A model generated the notes under the pieces. It did no database searches and had not been told where the DNA came from. It worked only from the letters and a program-made list of their open reading frames with translations. DNA of 64,000 nt. Source: Parcubacteria group bacterium GW2011_GWA1_56_13. Its GTDB lineage: Bacteria > Patescibacteriota > Minisyncoccia > Phycocordibacterales > Phycocordibacteraceae. Position 1 is the stretch's first letter. Every line of letters starts with the position of its first letter. Where the stretch lies: positions 115,577 through 179,576 of the forward strand of contig LCRY01000002.1 of assembly GCA_001004905.1 (NCBI GenBank), given 5' to 3'. Positions 58,098 to 64,000 of this stretch are shown one piece after another. Made by a program: the position numbers and the translations under genes.

Positions 58098-58616
58098 ATG
58101 ACCATTCCTCCCAAAAAGCCGTTACGTTCCCTCGCGACGCCCATTCTCGCGCTTGTGCTCGGCGTCGGCCTCTCCATCGGCGCCACGTATGTCTACGCCT
58201 GGACCGGCCCCACCGGCACCGCTCCGAACAACAACACGCCCCCGCCGATAAACACGAGCGCCACGGCGCAAACGAAGTCGGGGGGATTGACGGCTGGCTG
58301 GATGCAAGCGCCGATTTTCTACGATTCTAACAACGCCGGCTACTACCTCGACCCGAACGGCACGAGCCGGGTGGGCCAGGCGAACGCCGACAACACCTAC
58401 ACGTACGGCAACGAGAACGCAAACGACTACTATGTCCGTGCCGTAGGCAGATGGGCGAGCGCCCCCGCCGTTTCCATGGATTGCTATGATACGGGATATT
58501 ATCAGGGTAACTATTGTGATGGTGGTGGATATAAATTTTGCAGAACCTGTGTGAATAACACCTGCTCAAATTATGTCATGATTAGCAACACTTGCGGAGG
58601 AATGGGTTCCATTTGA
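58098..58616 (+). CDS. Secreted adhesin-like protein, paralog of 56958, with a Cys-rich tip
   Basis: Signal, then AWTGPTGTAPNNNTPPPINTSATAQTKSGG; FYDSNNAGYYLDPN; 6-Cys AT-rich C-terminus. Confidence 0.75.
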   Translation: MTIPPKKPLRSLATPILALVLGVGLSIGATYVYAWTGPTGTAPNNNTPPPINTSATAQTKSGGLTAGWMQAPIFYDSNNAGYYLDPNGTSRVGQANADNTYTYGNENANDYYVRAVGRWASAPAVSMDCYDTGYYQGNYCDGGGYKFCRTCVNNTCSNYVMISNTCGGMGSI

Positions 58617-58631
58617 ACAAACGAATAAAAA

Positions 58632-59945
58632 ATGAAACCGCAGCACGAACACTTTCTCTCGCATGCCATCCGGTCCGTTTTCCTGCTAGCGGTGGTTGTT
58701 TTTGCTTCCTATTATTTTTCCGTATCGTACCTGCCCCGTGCACAGGCGAGCGCGACCGATTCGCTCTCGGGTTATGCCTGGAGCGACAACGTCGGCTGGA
58801 TATCGTTCAACTGTACCAACACCGGCAGCTGCGGGACTTCGAATTATGGCGTCACGGTAAACCCCACGAACGGCGAAATGTCTGGTTACGCTTGGAGCGA
58901 CAATGTCGGATGGTTCTCCTTCCAGCCGGGGGACGTGGCCGGATGCCCGCAGGCGCCCTGTACGCCAAAAGTAAATCAGGGGAACGGAACGGTTACCGGG
59001 TGGTTCCGCGCCCTTGCGAACGGCGGCGGCTGGGACGGCTGGGTGTCGCTCTCCGGCGTAACAGTAAGCGGGGTAGCATTTGCCGGTTATGCTTGGGGCT
59101 CGGACGTTGTGGGGTGGGTGAGCATGAGCGGAGTGATGAATACGTTTACCGCGCCCACGGTTTCCTGTTCGGGCGCCCCTTCAACCGCGTACATCGGCCA
59201 GCAGGTTACCTGGAGCTCCTCAGTATCCGGCGGTTCCGGAAGCTATACCTATAGTTGGAGCGGGACAGACGGTCTTTCCGGCACGAGCGCCTCGACTCAA
59301 AAAACCTATTCGACGACCGGCACGAAACAGGGAACAATCGCCGTTACGGATACTGTCTCGGGACAGACCTCGTCCGCTTCCTGCAATGCAGGTGTAGGCG
59401 TGAGCGTCCAATCCTGCAGCGCCTCGCTTTCCGCGAACCCGACGACCGTTGAAGAAGGGCAGAACACGACGCTCTCTTGGAACGTTCCGGGCGGCTCGTC
59501 TTGTGCGGCTTCTTGCTCCGGCAGCGGATTCAACACGGGCGGCGCGCTCTCCGGCTCGACGAACGCCTCTGTCCCTCCAACTCCGCCGTCCACTTCCTAC
59601 GGCCTTACCTGTTCCGGCGGCACGTATGGTCCGCCGCCGCCGGTGAACGTCACCGTCAGCGTCGTCACTCCAACGGCAACCATTACCGCGAACGGCCAAT
59701 CCAATTCCGCGCGCGTGAATCCCAATACTCCTAACAACACTACCGTCGCATGGTCATCCACGAACGCCTCGTCGTGCGCCGTTACCAAAAACGGTAACGC
59801 CTGGAGAAACGGCCTCAGCGACCCCGGCAGGACCGATTCGGTCACGACCCAGAGCACCTACGCGCTCGACTGCGTGAATGACCACGGCACGCACGCGACC
59901 GACTCCGTCATCGTAAACGTGATACCTGGCTTCCAGGAGTTCTAG
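58632..59945 (+). CDS. Secreted surface protein with GYAWS-GW repeats and PKD/Ig-like domains
   Basis: [10 protein letters not shown] twice, [24 protein letters not shown], and Ser/Thr/Cys-rich Ig-like modules. Confidence 0.8.
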   Translation: MKPQHEHFLSHAIRSVFLLAVVVFASYYFSVSYLPRAQASATDSLSGYAWSDNVGWISFNCTNTGSCGTSNYGVTVNPTNGEMSGYAWSDNVGWFSFQPGDVAGCPQAPCTPKVNQGNGTVTGWFRALANGGGWDGWVSLSGVTVSGVAFAGYAWGSDVVGWVSMSGVMNTFTAPTVSCSGAPSTAYIGQQVTWSSSVSGGSGSYTYSWSGTDGLSGTSASTQKTYSTTGTKQGTIAVTDTVSGQTSSASCNAGVGVSVQSCSASLSANPTTVEEGQNTTLSWNVPGGSSCAASCSGSGFNTGGALSGSTNASVPPTPPSTSYGLTCSGGTYGPPPPVNVTVSVVTPTATITANGQSNSARVNPNTPNNTTVAWSSTNASSCAVTKNGNAWRNGLSDPGRTDSVTTQSTYALDCVNDHGTHATDSVIVNVIPGFQEF

Positions 59946-60037
59946 TATGGCAGCGTCTCTCCCCGCCGGATTGGCCCCGAAACGGGCCAAATGCTATAGT
60001 GCTACCGTACCTGCCCCGCCACGGGCAGGAAATTTCA

Positions 60038-62710
<2,673 letters not shown>

Positions 62711-62742
62711 GTATTCACGCACGTGATATTCTGAATTCAACT

Positions 62743-63930
62743 ATGCAAGTAGCACTGCAGTCCAATATTTGGAAGTACACAGTGCTTCTCGTTACCAATA
62801 AGCGGGTATTCGTTGCTATACTCGGCGTGTATTACCTCACGATTCCTGGGGTAACTCCTTTTTGGATAGGCATTTTCTTGCTTGCAGGGAATGGTGCATC
62901 GTTTATTTTTGATATCCCAAGTAGTTACATAGCAGATAGGATTGGTCATAAACAAGCAATCGTGTTGTCGCGGGGCATTATATTCTTTTCAACTTTTTTC
63001 TTCCTATTTGCCACGAACGTGTTGTGGCTCGTCATGGGCTCAATACTGCTAAGTATGGGTTTTGCCTTTTTGAGCGGCGTCGGCAGTGCATTCATGCATG
63101 AAACCATGCGCGGACTCAACCGCGACAATGAATACACTGCAGTCATGGGAAAAGTCAGTTCCGTCGGGTTTTTTATCCCTGCAATTATGGCGGCCATTGT
63201 GCCATTTTCCGTCAGCATCAGTTATAAAATTCCATTTATTATCATGCTCGGTCTTGATGTCGTAGGTCTTATCATGGCCCTGTCTCTCGTTCGTCCGGCA
63301 GTGAGTCCCGAGCATGTCGCAGAGGTAAGCGAGACCAAGTTTCTTGAAGTCATCCGTCAGGGTCTTGCTCTGCGCTTCTTCCGTATCGCGACTTTTTCCG
63401 GCGTAGTCAGTGCTCTTATTTACGCAGTAGATGGGTTCCGCGGCCCATATCAACTCTTGCTAGGCATACCGGTCATATGGTTCGGAATATTTTTTGGCAC
63501 AGGACGTGCTCTAGCCGCGCTACTCCTTGCTTACAGCGGCAAGATACGTCACCTGATCGGTAATGTGTACTCATTCCAGCGAGTACAAATCCTTGTGTAC
63601 GGGGCGTTACTTCTCATTCTCGGCCTCATTTCAAACCCTTGGATAGTGGTTATTGTGTTCGTCTTGGATAACGCTCTTCGATATGGATTAAGCCAGGTTG
63701 ACACGGGATATCAGCTCGATATTATTCGGAATCATAAATTTAAAGCGACACTCATTTCTGCGGGTAATCAAATACAAAACGTTATCTCAATGTGCGCCGT
63801 CGGTACAATCGGTATTTCCATAGAACGCTTCGGTTATCAACTCTCGTTTCTCATATTTGCTATTGTATTTCTTGCCATTCAGATTCCGCTCCATTTATTT
63901 ACGTACCGCAACCGTCTTCTAATCGGTTAG
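62743..63930 (+). CDS. MFS transporter (AT-rich)
   Basis: About 12 TMs; motif A DIPSSYIADRIGHK. Confidence 0.85.
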   Translation: MQVALQSNIWKYTVLLVTNKRVFVAILGVYYLTIPGVTPFWIGIFLLAGNGASFIFDIPSSYIADRIGHKQAIVLSRGIIFFSTFFFLFATNVLWLVMGSILLSMGFAFLSGVGSAFMHETMRGLNRDNEYTAVMGKVSSVGFFIPAIMAAIVPFSVSISYKIPFIIMLGLDVVGLIMALSLVRPAVSPEHVAEVSETKFLEVIRQGLALRFFRIATFSGVVSALIYAVDGFRGPYQLLLGIPVIWFGIFFGTGRALAALLLAYSGKIRHLIGNVYSFQRVQILVYGALLLILGLISNPWIVVIVFVLDNALRYGLSQVDTGYQLDIIRNHKFKATLISAGNQIQNVISMCAVGTIGISIERFGYQLSFLIFAIVFLAIQIPLHLFTYRNRLLIG

Positions 63931-63932
63931 AT

Positions 63933-64000
63933 ATGCAAAAAAGAGAACTGCATAAATATAATCTGCCAGATGTGCCGGGGGTGTACCTCTTTTTGCAAAA
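63933..64000 (+). CDS. uvrC: 5' end of excinuclease ABC subunit C (GIY-YIG), truncated by the window edge
   Basis: MQKRELHKYNLPDVPGVYLF matches the UvrC LP..PGVY start; located next to uvrA and uvrB. Confidence 0.7.
   Translation, partial: MQKRELHKYNLPDVPGVYLFLQ

Noticed and set aside
56958-58616. Diversity-generating retroelement target/template pair
   Set aside because: The shared segment is N-terminal, the differences are mostly synonymous rather than adenine-specific, and no reverse transcriptase is present.

Overview
This is a gene-dense, mostly GC-rich bacterial chromosome segment using the standard genetic code. Gene content points to Patescibacteria/CPR, Parcubacteria-like (inference): rpsP-khpA-trmD without rimM, a short ~745-aa Smc, a lone VirD4/HerA-like ATPase, GYAWS-repeat and CAP surface proteins, and core genes that mostly lack Shine-Dalgarno (SD) sites. 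Core genes are rnc, smc, gdhA, rnr, rpsP, trmD, rpoB, rpoC, dnaG, rpoD, hisS, prmC, tgt, uvrB, uvrA and the start of uvrC. Six features stand out. (1) A four-gene polysaccharide operon is built around a class I hyaluronan-synthase-like glycosyltransferase, with a UDP-HexNAc-type dehydrogenase and a CE4 deacetylase. (2) A REP-associated HUH tyrosine transposase has its own hairpin repeats, and several other palindromic elements lie inside protein-coding genes in frame; one ~100-bp element occurs both after rpoC and inside prmC, with compensatory base changes. (3) A 32-bp near-identical putative Zur box precedes both zur-ZIP and trmD, and the Tgt lacks its zinc-binding cysteines. (4) Many solo orphan genes carry their own TTGACA promoter and strong SD site, one encoding a beta-barrel-like protein. 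(5) Two adhesin-like paralogs share a constant N-terminus but have different tips, and one is frameshifted. (6) There are a few candidate small RNAs. No rRNA, tRNA or CRISPR array was recognised. All calls come from reading motifs by eye; no database searches were run.
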